Shown piece after piece: positions 47,736 to 57,976 of a DNA stretch of 64,000 nucleotides. Numbering within the stretch: position 1 is the stretch's first letter; each line of letters opens with the position of its first letter. This DNA comes from an uncultured Eubacteriales bacterium (GTDB taxonomy: Bacteria > Acidobacteriota > Aminicenantia > Aminicenantales > Aminicenantaceae), in assembly GCA_964505785.1 (NCBI GenBank), contig CAZDJZ010000001.1:259996-323995 (forward strand), read 5' to 3'. The position numbers and the translations under genes were made by a program. Under the pieces are notes generated by a model, which searched no databases, was not told the origin of the DNA, and worked only from the letters and a program-made list of their open reading frames with translations.

Positions 47736-48875
47736 ATGAAAATTGGGCTGGATATTCGTCCCCTTTTAAAAGAGGCGACAGGTGTTGGAACATATTGGAG
47801 AAACCTGCTTTCATTTCTTGCGGAAATAGACGATTGCAATGAATATTACTTGTTTTCATGCTCGTTGAAAGACAGATTTGACCGGAAAAATTTACCGCGG
47901 TTCAGGCATCTGACATTTAAGGACCTTAGGTTTCCACAGAAATGGCTGAATTCAATATGGACCCGCTGGGAACGGCCGCGGATGGATTGGTTTTTCCGGA
48001 CAGGTTTAAATATAACGCATTCGCCTTCACCGGTGCTGTGTCCCACTAAGGGAAAAAAGATAATTACTGTACACGATCTTTTTTTCGTGGAACATCCTGA
48101 ACTCGCAGATAAGGAGGCCAGGGAACGGTTCCTTCCTAACTTTGCACAGACCCTGCAGCGGGCTGATGCTGTCGTGACGGTGTCAGCTTATGTGAAAAAA
48201 TTGCTGATAGAAAAATTTTCTCTGTCCGGGGACAAAATTTACATTATACATCATGGGGTGGATGCTGAATTTTTTCAGCATGGAAACCCCGGGGCAGATC
48301 AGGCTGTATGGGGAAAATACAATCTTACACCGGGATATATTTTCTTCATCGGGACCGGAGAACCGAGAAAAAATATTCCCCGGCTTTTGGAAGCCTTTGA
48401 CGCTGTCCGCAGGGAAATCCCCGGTCTTGAAATGGTTATTGCCGGCAAGCCGGGAGGTGATACTCCGGTCATTAAGCAAAAAATTCGTCGCAGCCGGATG
48501 GTTAACCGGGTGAAATTACTCCCCTATATTCCACGGGAAGAAGTGCCGGCCTTATACCGGGGAGCCGGCTTATTTGTTTTCCCTTCTTTATGTGAAGGGT
48601 TCGGTCTTCCGCTTTTGGAAGCCATGGCATCGCAAGTCCCTGTTGCGGCTTCCCGTGCTCCGGCTATTCCCGAAATCGCAGGAAAAGCCGCTTTATACTT
48701 TAATCCCCGTTCTTCTGAAGAAATGGCCCGGGTTATTCGGCGGGGTTTGCAGGATGAAAGCGTACGGGAAGAACTTATAGAGGCCGGCAATGTCCGCATT
48801 CGGGAGTTTTCATGGAGACAGGCGGCCAGGCTGACTAAAGCGCTTTACTTGGAAACAGCAGGACAAGCCGAATGA
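47736..48875 (+). CDS. Glycosyltransferase family 4 (GT-B)
   Basis: N-terminus IGLDIRPL...TGVGTY and C-terminal FPSLCEGFGLPLLEAMA (E-x7-E region). Confidence 0.85.
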   Translation: MKIGLDIRPLLKEATGVGTYWRNLLSFLAEIDDCNEYYLFSCSLKDRFDRKNLPRFRHLTFKDLRFPQKWLNSIWTRWERPRMDWFFRTGLNITHSPSPVLCPTKGKKIITVHDLFFVEHPELADKEARERFLPNFAQTLQRADAVVTVSAYVKKLLIEKFSLSGDKIYIIHHGVDAEFFQHGNPGADQAVWGKYNLTPGYIFFIGTGEPRKNIPRLLEAFDAVRREIPGLEMVIAGKPGGDTPVIKQKIRRSRMVNRVKLLPYIPREEVPALYRGAGLFVFPSLCEGFGLPLLEAMASQVPVAASRAPAIPEIAGKAALYFNPRSSEEMARVIRRGLQDESVREELIEAGNVRIREFSWRQAARLTKALYLETAGQAE

Positions 48876-49963
48876 TCATTATTGACGGATATGAAATCGG
48901 GCCTGCTGCAACGGGAGTAGGAAGAGTGATCCATAATCTCACTCTGGAATTGAGCTCTTTGACTTCTCATGAATTCATGGTGGTGACGCGACGGGAGGTC
49001 AGTGATTATACATCCAGGCTGAATATTCACTCCCGGGTTATTCCTTATAGAGGTGGGTATTTCAGTTGGCAGAACCGCATAATGATGCATGAGTTGCGAA
49101 AAAACAAGTGGGATCTTTTCATCGGCCCTAATTATACCCTGCCGCTTTGGTTTCGCGGAACGGCAGTCCTGCTCGAGCATGACATTTCATTCGTTACGCA
49201 TCCAGACTGGTTTTCGCGTAAAGAAGCGATGAAGAAAAAATATTTGGTGGGACGAAGTTTGAAAAAAGCGTCTTTGGTGATGACGGTCTCTCATTTCTCC
49301 CGAAAGGAGATTCTTAATAATTTTCCTGTCCATCCGGACAAAGTGCATGTGGCCTATCACGGGGTTGACGGAAGGTTTCATCCGGCTGCCGCAGAGGCGG
49401 TGAAGAAATGGAAGGCAGAGAAAGGCTTCAGGAATGAGAAAATAATAGGGTTTTTGGGTTCCATCTTTAATCGCCGCCATATCCCGCTGCTGGTAAGAGC
49501 CGTGAGTAAAATCCGGGAACACGTTCCAGCGGTTTTGCATATCGTCGGGAAAGACCTGACGTGTCCGCCTCAAGATATGGCGTCCCTTCTGGACCGGCCG
49601 TGGATCCGCTGGGACCAGGAGCTGGCAGATGAGCGGCTGCCGGTCTTTTATTCCGCCTTGGATGCTTTTGCCTATTTATCCGAATATGAAGGATTCGGAT
49701 TGCCTCCCCTTGAAGCTCTTGCTTGCGGGACATTGCCGGTTTTGTTAAACAGGACAGCTTTAGCGGAAATTTATCCCGAAATTGGAGTGATGGTGGATGA
49801 AGCAGAGGTTGAGCCGGTTGTCTCGGCTTTATTGTCAGCTTTGACGGATAACAAAATGCGTGATTTGAAAATGAGAAATTTCCAGAGACGCAAAAATGAT
49901 TTCACGTGGAGAAGAGCTGCCGGTGAATGGGCCCGCCAAATAGAGCTGTTATTGAGGAGTTGA
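48872..49963 (+). CDS. Glycosyltransferase family 4 (GT-B), tandem paralogue
   Basis: ATGA overlap with the upstream gene. TGVGRV and LSEYEGFGLPPLEALA. Confidence 0.85.
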   Translation: MIIIDGYEIGPAATGVGRVIHNLTLELSSLTSHEFMVVTRREVSDYTSRLNIHSRVIPYRGGYFSWQNRIMMHELRKNKWDLFIGPNYTLPLWFRGTAVLLEHDISFVTHPDWFSRKEAMKKKYLVGRSLKKASLVMTVSHFSRKEILNNFPVHPDKVHVAYHGVDGRFHPAAAEAVKKWKAEKGFRNEKIIGFLGSIFNRRHIPLLVRAVSKIREHVPAVLHIVGKDLTCPPQDMASLLDRPWIRWDQELADERLPVFYSALDAFAYLSEYEGFGLPPLEALACGTLPVLLNRTALAEIYPEIGVMVDEAEVEPVVSALLSALTDNKMRDLKMRNFQRRKNDFTWRRAAGEWARQIELLLRS

Positions 49964-49964
49964 C

Positions 49965-50849
49965 ATGACGGATGCCGCTGATCCTTTGATTTCCGTAATT
50001 TTGGTCAATTACAACGGCCGCGCCCAGCTCCGCCGCTGTCTTCCCTCTCTTGCCGCCGTGAAACCGAAAGAGGAGATGGAAATAATTATTGTAGATAACA
50101 ACTCTCTGGACGGCAGCCGGGAATTTATCCTCATTTCATTTCCTGAGGTACAATTGCTGGTCAACCCCAAAAATCTGGGTTTCGGAGCGGCCAATAACCG
50201 GGGAGCGGCTGCGGCCCGTGGAAAATACATTCTGTTTCTCAATACCGATACCGAAGTGTATCCCGGAGCCCTTGACCGGCTGATGCAGGTTCTTCAGTCG
50301 GATGGAAATATAGGCGGTGCAGGGCCGGCTTTAATTCAGGAGGAAGGCCGGATACAAGTCTCCTTCGGGGGAAGGATGAATTTTTTTTCAGAAATATGGA
50401 AAAAAGCGGCGGGAAATTATTTAACCGCTCTCAGGATGAAATGGGAATACAAAGAAAAGAATGTCAAATGGCTGAGCGGCGCTTGCTTGTTGGTCCGCAG
50501 GGCCGCCTGGGAGCAGTCATCCGGATTTGATGAGAAATTTTTTCTCTACTTTGAAGATATTGATTTATGCTTCCGTCTTTGGGAGCAGGGCTGGAAGCTG
50601 CGTTACGTCCCTTCAGCCCGGGTTTTTCATCAAGGGGGTGCCAGCACCGAGGCCATGGGAATGGGAAGCCGTCTCCATTATCGCAGCAGTCAAGTGCATT
50701 TTTACCGTAAGCACAACCGCCTGTTATCCCGGGTTTTGCTGAAATGTTATTTATGGTTGGAATATTTTGTTTTGACTTTGGGGGACCGGTGGCGGGGAAG
50801 AGATCAATTTCGTTCCTGGTACCGGAGATTGCTCAAGGAGAAGATATGA
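49965..50849 (+). CDS. Glycosyltransferase family 2
   Basis: ISVILVNYNG, DNNSLDGS, and FLNTDT followed later by YFEDIDLCFR. Confidence 0.85.
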   Translation: MTDAADPLISVILVNYNGRAQLRRCLPSLAAVKPKEEMEIIIVDNNSLDGSREFILISFPEVQLLVNPKNLGFGAANNRGAAAARGKYILFLNTDTEVYPGALDRLMQVLQSDGNIGGAGPALIQEEGRIQVSFGGRMNFFSEIWKKAAGNYLTALRMKWEYKEKNVKWLSGACLLVRRAAWEQSSGFDEKFFLYFEDIDLCFRLWEQGWKLRYVPSARVFHQGGASTEAMGMGSRLHYRSSQVHFYRKHNRLLSRVLLKCYLWLEYFVLTLGDRWRGRDQFRSWYRRLLKEKI

Positions 50850-51979
50850 GCCGGATCAGAATATTGGAAGTGATTGACAAGACATTTCTTGGAGGCGGAC
50901 AGATAAATCTTTTGTCTTTAGCTGATTCTCTTCCCCGGACTGATTTCGGAATATCCGTCTGCTGCGCTCCAACTGGTCCTCTGGCGGAGGAGATCCGCCG
51001 CCGAAGGATACCGCATTACCCGGTGGACATGTCTCATAAATTCCGGCTGAAAACCATAATTCAAATGAGAAATATCATTCAAAGCAATGCCTTTGATATT
51101 GTTCATACCCATGGAGGTGTAGCCGGTTTTTATACGCGGGTTGCTGCCGGAAAAAAACGATCTTTTCATATAGTACATACTCAGCACGGCATCCATTATC
51201 TTCACTACCGGAATCCCTTTCTTAAAATCCTTTATATTCAACTGGAAAGATGGCTGTCGGGATTGACCGATGCGGTTATTTTTGTTTCCGAGGATGACCT
51301 GAAAGCAGCCATGAAATTCAAGCTGTGTGCGCCGTCCAAAGCGAATGTGATTAAAAACGGCATCGCTGCGGAAAAGGTGGCGGCGGCGGCTAAGGCAGAA
51401 CCGCCGGTGAAGCTGGCCGGGAGAACAGGGCCGGTCATAGGTACCGTGGCCAGGCTTCATTACCAAAAAAATATATCCATACTTTTATTTGCAGCCGGTA
51501 TCCTTCGGCATTCCTTTCCCGGGCTGACTGTAATTATAGCCGGAGACGGCCCGGAGCGTTCCCGTTTAGAAAAATTGAGCCGGAGACTAAAAATCAAAGA
51601 AAATGTTTTATTCCTGGGGGAAAGACGGGATATTCCGGCACTTCTGGCTGAAATGGAAGTGTTTGTCCTGCCTTCACGGTGGGAGGGCCTGCCCTATGCT
51701 CTTTTGGAGGCCGGGGCGGTGAAAAAGCCGGTGGCAGCTGCTGCTGTTGAAGGAATCCGGGAGGTGATTGAGACAGGGCGGAACGGCAGTCTGGTGCCTC
51801 CCGGGAATCCGGAAGCTTTAGCAGCGGAAATTCATAAGATGCTGGATGATAAAGAATGGGCTGAAAAATTAGGTGAACGGCTGTATCAGGATGTGGTCCG
51901 CCGGTTTTCCTTATCGAGAATGGCGGAGGAAACCCGTGATTTATATATCAGATTGGCGAAAGGTTTTTTTGACGGCTAG
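50846..51979 (+). CDS. Glycosyltransferase family 4 (GT-B)
   Basis: Start at ATG 50846 (ATGA overlap; the ORF-track extension to 50744 was rejected). LPSRWEGLPYALLEAGA. Confidence 0.85.
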   Translation: MSRIRILEVIDKTFLGGGQINLLSLADSLPRTDFGISVCCAPTGPLAEEIRRRRIPHYPVDMSHKFRLKTIIQMRNIIQSNAFDIVHTHGGVAGFYTRVAAGKKRSFHIVHTQHGIHYLHYRNPFLKILYIQLERWLSGLTDAVIFVSEDDLKAAMKFKLCAPSKANVIKNGIAAEKVAAAAKAEPPVKLAGRTGPVIGTVARLHYQKNISILLFAAGILRHSFPGLTVIIAGDGPERSRLEKLSRRLKIKENVLFLGERRDIPALLAEMEVFVLPSRWEGLPYALLEAGAVKKPVAAAAVEGIREVIETGRNGSLVPPGNPEALAAEIHKMLDDKEWAEKLGERLYQDVVRRFSLSRMAEETRDLYIRLAKGFFDG

Positions 51980-52058
51980 CGGATAAGCGTGATGTCAGTT
52001 CTCACGCATTGCCTGGTTGTTCATTGACAATCAAAATCACCCTTTTTATAATCTTTTC

Positions 52059-53174
52059 ATGATAAATGCAAAAATCGCCCTTGTTCATGATTGGTTAACG
52101 GGTCAACGCGGGGGGGAAAAAGTACTGGAAGTTCTGGCTGAAATTTTTCCGCATGCACCGATATTCACTCTCTTTCATTTTAAGGGGAGTCAAAAAAATG
52201 GGATAGAAAGACGGGAAATACGGAGAAGTTTTCTGCAAAACATGCCTTTTGCCCGCCGGCACTATCGCTGGTATTTGCCCATTTATCCGGTTGCCGCCGA
52301 ACTGTTGAACCTGCAGGAATTTGATTTTGTGATATCCAGTTCTCATTGTGCAGCCAAGGGGATTATTCCCGCTCCCGGCGCCCTGCATGTCAGTTATGTG
52401 CATTCTCCCATGCGTTATGCGTGGAACCAGTATCATTCTTATTTTTCCTCGGATCGGTTGAATATATTGACCCGGATGGTGATCCCTCCTATGATGCATT
52501 GGCTTAGGGTTTGGGATGAATCATCTTCCAGGCGGGTGGATTGGTTTATCGCTAATTCACAGGCTGTAGCGCAGCGTATTCAGCGATACTACCGGAGAGA
52601 ATCTGAAATCATACATCCCCCCGTGGATACCAGTTTTTTTAAGCTGGGTGAATACCAGTCCGATTATTTTCTGGTTGTGTCCGCTTTGGTTCCTTACAAA
52701 CGCATTGATTTGGCTGTTGATGCATTCAACCGCATGGGCCGGCCGCTTAAAATTGTCGGAACCGGCCCGGAATACAGGAATTTGAAGAAATCCGCAAAAA
52801 AGAATATCCAATTTTTGGGAGAAGTCAAGTCGGTGGAATTACAGAGGATCTATCAGGAAGCCCGGGCCCTGATCATGCCGGGAGAAGAAGATTTCGGGAT
52901 TAATGTTCTCGAATCTCAAGCAAGCGGCACTCCTGTCATAGCCTTAGGCCGCGGCGGAGCATGCGAGACTGTGCAATCCGGTAAAACCGGTCTTCTGTTT
53001 GAAAAGGCGACTGTATCCGGATTGACGGCTGCGCTTGACAAGTTTGACCGGTTGACTTTTAATAAAGACCTTCTGCGAGAGAACGCGCTTAATTTTTCCC
53101 GGGAGTCTTTTAAAAACAAAATGAAAGTTTTCTTGCAAAACAAATGGACAGGATTTATTAACCGAAATGATTAG
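52059..53174 (+). CDS. Glycosyltransferase family 4 (GT-B)
   Basis: Start at ATG 52059 (MINAKIALVHDWL). GGEKVLE and PGEEDFGINVLESQASG. Confidence 0.85.
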   Translation: MINAKIALVHDWLTGQRGGEKVLEVLAEIFPHAPIFTLFHFKGSQKNGIERREIRRSFLQNMPFARRHYRWYLPIYPVAAELLNLQEFDFVISSSHCAAKGIIPAPGALHVSYVHSPMRYAWNQYHSYFSSDRLNILTRMVIPPMMHWLRVWDESSSRRVDWFIANSQAVAQRIQRYYRRESEIIHPPVDTSFFKLGEYQSDYFLVVSALVPYKRIDLAVDAFNRMGRPLKIVGTGPEYRNLKKSAKKNIQFLGEVKSVELQRIYQEARALIMPGEEDFGINVLESQASGTPVIALGRGGACETVQSGKTGLLFEKATVSGLTAALDKFDRLTFNKDLLRENALNFSRESFKNKMKVFLQNKWTGFINRND

Positions 53175-54618
53175 ACGACAGCTGCAGCGTCTGATGGGAT
53201 GGTATCTGGCCGGAGATATTATCGGAATTATTCTGGCTTATTTTTATGCCTATGTATTCCGGTTCTATGGCTATGTTATTCCTGTGAGCCCTGAAAAAGG
53301 CATTCCGCCCTTAAAACCCTATATCTGGATTTTTCCTTTGTTTTTGGTCACGCATTTGGTTATTTTTTTCATTCAGGGCTTCTATAAAACCAGATTGAAG
53401 CGGACCGGGTTTGACGATTTTCTTCATATCGCCGCCAACGCGGGTTTGACGATTTTGATTGTGCTGGGAGTACTGAATTATCTTTACGCTTATTCCCAGG
53501 GAGCAGCGCCCTTATTTCAAATGACATTTAAGATTTCACATGGTTTCCTCGGTGTATATTTTGTGGGCTTCCTGTTTGTCCTGTTGTTTCTGCGGAGCCA
53601 GATATACCATTTAAGAAAGCGCCGGTATGCCCGGGGAATGGATCTGCAGAATGTGCTTATTGTCGGTGCCGGCAAGATGGGGCAGACAGTGGCACAAAAA
53701 CTATTCAATTACAAAGACTTGGGATTTAAGGTTAAAGGATTTTTAGATGATGAGTGTAAGCCCGGGGAACAAGTGAAAATCAATGGGGGGATTGAGGTTT
53801 TGGGTCCCTTGGACGCCCTGGATTATGCGATTGAAGAGCATGAGATCTCTGATGTCTATGTCGCCCTGGATTTAAATAATTATTCGCGGATTTTGAAAAC
53901 TTTAAGAGTGGTGAACAAGCATGCAGTCAATGTCCGTTTGATTCCGGATTTATTTCAGCTTTTAACGCTTAGAGCCAGAGTCGAGGACTTGGATGGCTTT
54001 CCTGTTATCAGTGTGGATGAACCCCCGATGCGGGGGCCCATGCTGCTGGTCAAGCGCACAATGGACATTTCCATTTCCTCCTTGTTTTTTATTTTATTTT
54101 CGCCTTTCTTAATTTTAACAGGTTTCCTTATTAAACTCACTTCCCGGGGTCCGGTGTTTTACCATCAGGAAAGAGTCGGGCTGGACGGGAAAAAGTTCAC
54201 CATGCACAAATTCCGGACCATGGTTTGCGATGCCGAAGAAAAAACCGGGCCTGTAATGTGCCGGCCGAATGATCCACGCATTACCAAAATCGGCCGGATT
54301 TTGAGGCGGTTCAGCATTGATGAAATTCCACAGTTTTGGAATGTTCTTAAAGGGGAGATGAGTTTAGTAGGCCCCCGTCCGGAAAGAGAAGTGTTTGTCA
54401 AACAATTCCGGGAAAAACTGCCCAAATATATGCTGCGCCATAAAGTAAAATCAGGGTTAACGGGATGGGCCCAGGTTCATGGATTGCGGCAGGACTGCGA
54501 TTTTGATAAACGCTTGGAATATGATTTTTATTATATTCAAAATTGGTCCTTGCTTTTAGATATGCAGATTTTGTGGATGACATTGCGGAAAAAAGGCTTC
54601 ATTGACAAATCCGTCTGA
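53167..54618 (+). CDS. Polyprenyl-phosphate sugar phosphotransferase (WbaP/EpsL-type priming enzyme)
   Basis: 4-5 N-terminal TM helices, a Rossmann-like middle (VLIVGAGKMG) and a C-terminal bacterial sugar transferase domain (GLDGK.F...KFRTM, SLVGPRPE). Confidence 0.88.
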   Translation: MIRRQLQRLMGWYLAGDIIGIILAYFYAYVFRFYGYVIPVSPEKGIPPLKPYIWIFPLFLVTHLVIFFIQGFYKTRLKRTGFDDFLHIAANAGLTILIVLGVLNYLYAYSQGAAPLFQMTFKISHGFLGVYFVGFLFVLLFLRSQIYHLRKRRYARGMDLQNVLIVGAGKMGQTVAQKLFNYKDLGFKVKGFLDDECKPGEQVKINGGIEVLGPLDALDYAIEEHEISDVYVALDLNNYSRILKTLRVVNKHAVNVRLIPDLFQLLTLRARVEDLDGFPVISVDEPPMRGPMLLVKRTMDISISSLFFILFSPFLILTGFLIKLTSRGPVFYHQERVGLDGKKFTMHKFRTMVCDAEEKTGPVMCRPNDPRITKIGRILRRFSIDEIPQFWNVLKGEMSLVGPRPEREVFVKQFREKLPKYMLRHKVKSGLTGWAQVHGLRQDCDFDKRLEYDFYYIQNWSLLLDMQILWMTLRKKGFIDKSV

Positions 54619-54775
54619 AATGAACTATTCATAAAAAAAATGCGATACCTTTTCCCCTTCACTTTTAACTGATTTTATTCCTTACTCTTAACTCTTTACT
54701 TTTTCATAAACGAACCAGAATAACATCCTCACGTCACTGCGTTCCTAAGGATAACATTGAATTAAAGAAAGGTTG

Positions 54776-55378
54776 TCAGATTTGAGATTTGCGATTTGAG
54801 ATTTGCAATTTTTTCGCGTCCCTTATCCAAGTCATTCCGATCATGGAGTAATGGATTCCGGAGAGAATGGTCAGGATCAAGGTCACCCGGTAAACCCAGG
54901 GGAGGAAGGCGGCTTCCCGGGAAAGAAAATTAAAAAAGAGCACAAGAATGAGGGTTGTCATCTGCATGATGGTGCAGGATTTGCCGATGAGGGAGGGAGG
55001 AAAACTGGACCGTCTTAGCTTGGAATAAATCATAGCAGTTCCGGAGACGATGAGAAGATCCCGCCCGATGACAACAATCGTTAACCAGATTGGAAGATGG
55101 TTTGGTGAACTTATGGATGGTATGGTCAAGAGAATAAAAGAAACCGTCATCAGGAGCTTATCTCCGGCTGGGTCCAGCAATGCCCCCCACTTTGATTTTT
55201 GGTTCAGAAATCTTGCCGCAGCCCCGTCAATGAAATCTGTGCATACAGCCAGGAAAAAAATGATGAAGGCAGCCTGCAGACGCTTTTGGAGCATAAAATA
55301 AAGAAAAAACGGAATCAAAAATATCCGGACAAGTGTGATAATATTGGGAATGGTGAAAAAAGAATCTTGCCGTGCCAT
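54776..55378 (-). CDS. CDP-alcohol phosphatidyltransferase family protein
   Basis: Signature DGAAARFLNQKSKWGALLDPAGDK (D-G-x2-A-R-x8-G-x3-D-x3-D) and 5-6 TM helices. Confidence 0.85.
   Translation of the reverse strand: MARQDSFFTIPNIITLVRIFLIPFFLYFMLQKRLQAAFIIFFLAVCTDFIDGAAARFLNQKSKWGALLDPAGDKLLMTVSFILLTIPSISSPNHLPIWLTIVVIGRDLLIVSGTAMIYSKLRRSSFPPSLIGKSCTIMQMTTLILVLFFNFLSREAAFLPWVYRVTLILTILSGIHYSMIGMTWIRDAKKLQISNRKSQI
54780..54814 (+). repeat. ATTTGAG/ATTTGCG heptamer array (x4-5)
   Basis: atttgag-atttgcg-atttgag-atttgca-atttttt. It overlaps the last ~10 codons of the minus-strand CDS 54776..55378. Confidence 0.8.
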
Positions 55379-55379
55379 G

Positions 55380-56720
55380 TTAATTTTTCTTATCTATCTG
55401 TGACAAAATGATGTTCATAAGCTGAAGAGCTTCACTCCCTGTTACCGGTCTGTCAGGATGAAAGCGCCTTCCTCCGGCCAGGTTCATAAAATCATAAGAT
55501 ACCATCATCACTATAGGGTGGTAATAAAAATTGTCTGACGACACATCCGCGATTTCAATACTCTGGGGAGGCATTTGCTGGACAAAGTTATATCCCCGTT
55601 GGCGCAGGTATCGAACCAAACGGAAAAGAATTTCAGCCATTTGCGCACGTGTCACGATTTTGTCTGGCTGAAAAGTGTGATTTGGATAAATATCCAGCAA
55701 TCCTAATGCTGTCGTCTGAAGAATGAATTCTGTTGCCCAAGAAGTGGATATATCGATGATGATGGGTGGGTTTTTTCCTGTTTCTTCCAGATGCGGATTG
55801 AATTTTACGCTGAGTATGGCCGCGACATCCTCTTTGCTAACGGCATCCTGAGCCGGGATATTTTCATATTGACTGGGAAGTTCAAAAATGCCCAGACGGT
55901 TTTTTAATTGTTCAATTCTCTGCTTGGCCTGCGAATCTTCCGGACGCAGCTCAAGAACTTTTTGATATGTTTCTAAACTCTGCTTGAATTTTTCGGTTTT
56001 GAATAAGGCCTCTCCATAAGCTTTAAGGATACGGGGGTCATCCGGACTTTCCGCCATTGCGGAATTAAGATGGACCAGGGCGTTTTCAGTTTCTCCTTCT
56101 TCAAGGTAGATTTCAGCCAAGGCCATATGAGATTGGATGTTTCGGGGAGAGTAATATAAGACTTTTAGGTATGCGGCTTGGGCGGACTTGACTTCCCCGC
56201 TCTTTTCAGCGGCTTGGGCCGTGTTCAGGGCCTCTTGAGTTTTTTGCTGTTGAATTTCGTTATAACGTGGTCTGCCCCAAGGATGATCGGGATCCTGTTT
56301 CAATATTTCCCGGTATTGGGCGAATGCCAGGTCTTCCCGCTGGGTCTCCCAATACAGCTGGGCTAATCCTAAGTGCTCTAGAATGAGATCTGGTTCCTGC
56401 TGGGTGGCTGCAATGAAAAATTCCTCTGCAGTTTGCAGATCTTTGAGAACATAATGGGCATAACCCATCCCTGCCAGGTAAAACGGATGGTCTCTATCTA
56501 ATTTGGAAATAAGATGAATGGCTTTTTCTCCCCGTCCTTCCTGAATAAGAGCCCAGGCGTCTTCGACCAGTATTCTTGTGTCCAAAGATAAGTCTGCGAT
56601 TTCAGCTGGGGGCAGAGTTCCCAGGTAGATGGTCGGAGGAGGAACTTGCCGGGTCGCACAGCCTCCGCTTATTAAAATGATCATAACAATTAAAATCAGT
56701 ATTTTTTTTGTACTTACCAA
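55380..56720 (-). CDS. Lipoprotein with TPR repeats and two C-terminal SLH-like domains
   Basis: Lipobox ISGG-C, about 6 TPR units and SLH-like segments ([11 protein letters not shown]...[16 protein letters not shown]; [13 protein letters not shown]...[13 protein letters not shown]). Confidence 0.68.
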   Translation of the reverse strand: MVSTKKILILIVMIILISGGCATRQVPPPTIYLGTLPPAEIADLSLDTRILVEDAWALIQEGRGEKAIHLISKLDRDHPFYLAGMGYAHYVLKDLQTAEEFFIAATQQEPDLILEHLGLAQLYWETQREDLAFAQYREILKQDPDHPWGRPRYNEIQQQKTQEALNTAQAAEKSGEVKSAQAAYLKVLYYSPRNIQSHMALAEIYLEEGETENALVHLNSAMAESPDDPRILKAYGEALFKTEKFKQSLETYQKVLELRPEDSQAKQRIEQLKNRLGIFELPSQYENIPAQDAVSKEDVAAILSVKFNPHLEETGKNPPIIIDISTSWATEFILQTTALGLLDIYPNHTFQPDKIVTRAQMAEILFRLVRYLRQRGYNFVQQMPPQSIEIADVSSDNFYYHPIVMMVSYDFMNLAGGRRFHPDRPVTGSEALQLMNIILSQIDKKN

Positions 56721-57976
56721 TGTGTTTCTCCTCTTTTGATATAAGGGATAAAATTCAACATATATTTAGGATCAGCCAGAATTTTTATTTTGACACTCCG
56801 TTCTGTTTCTACTCTTTTTAGCACAATTGACCATTTAGGGAAAGAATGAATTAGATTTTTTTCTTTTCTAGGTACTTCTAAATGATAAATTTTTTTTGAC
56901 TTAAAGACAACTGTCCGGATTTTTTGTTTCAATTGTTCCAATCCGGTTCCCTTTCGAGCGGATATATAAACGGAATCCTGGTCCAAGCTGTTATTGATGC
57001 CCAAATATTCCTGTGAATTGGAGACGAGGTCTGTTTTATTGAAAATTTTCACGATCGGAATATCCAGGACGTCGAGCTCTGCCAAAATAGCCTCAACGGC
57101 CATGACATGGTCCCGGTAATGCGGAGATGTGATATCAATAACATGGCAAATGCAATCCGCTTCGCGGATTTCTTCCAAAGTAGCTCGGAACGCCGTTTTC
57201 AATTCGGAAGGCAGCTCTTTGATAAAACCGACGGTGTCAGTGAAAAAAACATAGGATCCGTCGGAAAAACTCATTCTGCGGATTACGGGATCCAGAGTAG
57301 CAAACAACTGCTTTGAAACAAATTTATCCATTCCAGTCAGCCGGTTGAAAAGGGTGGATTTGCCGGCATTTGTATAGCCGACCAATGAGACAACCGGAAC
57401 CGGACTTCTGTGCCGTCTTTGCCTTTGATCGATCCGCCTTTTTTGTGTTTTTTTCAGGTCTTGTTTGATTTTGGATATCCGCTTTTGTATTCGTCTCCGG
57501 TCAACTTCTAATTTTTTTTCTCCAGGGCCTCTAGTCCCGATCCCGCCCCCTAATCGTGACAGGGCTTGTCCCTTCCCTGTTAATCTTGGAAGCAGGTAAT
57601 TCAATTGAGCCAATTCAACTTGCAGCTTACCCTCATTGCTGTGAGCCCTCTGTGCGAAAATATCCAGGATCAATTGCGTCCGGTCGATGACTTTGCTGTC
57701 GATCCGGTCTTCCAGAGCTCTTTGCTGCCCGGGAGTCAGATCATGGTCAAAAACCACCAAGTCTGCATCCGTTTCTTCCTTCAGCCGCGTGACTTCATCG
57801 ACTTTCCCCGTCCCCACCAAAAATTTGCGGTGAACCGCTTCCCGTATTTGATACAATTCACCGATGGCTTTTCCTCCAGCGGATTCCACCAGTCTCTTGA
57901 GCTCATGCAGAGAATCTTCCGCTTTTTCCTTTGGTTCTTTGTCTGTGGAAAGATGAACCAGCAAAGCTTTTTCCAT
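56714..57976 (-). CDS. hflX: GTPase HflX
   Basis: HflX N-domain with G1 [10 protein letters not shown]3 DTVGF and G4 NKTD. Confidence 0.92.
   Translation of the reverse strand: MEKALLVHLSTDKEPKEKAEDSLHELKRLVESAGGKAIGELYQIREAVHRKFLVGTGKVDEVTRLKEETDADLVVFDHDLTPGQQRALEDRIDSKVIDRTQLILDIFAQRAHSNEGKLQVELAQLNYLLPRLTGKGQALSRLGGGIGTRGPGEKKLEVDRRRIQKRISKIKQDLKKTQKRRIDQRQRRHRSPVPVVSLVGYTNAGKSTLFNRLTGMDKFVSKQLFATLDPVIRRMSFSDGSYVFFTDTVGFIKELPSELKTAFRATLEEIREADCICHVIDITSPHYRDHVMAVEAILAELDVLDIPIVKIFNKTDLVSNSQEYLGINNSLDQDSVYISARKGTGLEQLKQKIRTVVFKSKKIYHLEVPRKEKNLIHSFPKWSIVLKRVETERSVKIKILADPKYMLNFIPYIKRGETHW

Noticed and set aside
50744-50845. N-terminal extensions in ORF-track calls (50744, 13206, 34370, 41962, 2833, 52017, 31312, 33963, 40060, 62869)
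   Set aside because: In each case an internal start with a Shine-Dalgarno sequence, a promoter inside the extension, an ATGA-type coupling to the upstream stop, or the expected family N-terminus supports the shorter CDS.
52110-52116. G7 homopolymer inside a GT4 glycosyltransferase as a phase-variation switch (also C8 at 17104-17111 in the PHP gene and C7 at 43927-43933 in ppdK)
   Set aside because: The tracts are short compared with known contingency loci. They also occur in housekeeping genes, where they encode Gly-Gly or Pro-Pro, and no evidence of length heterogeneity is available from a single sequence.
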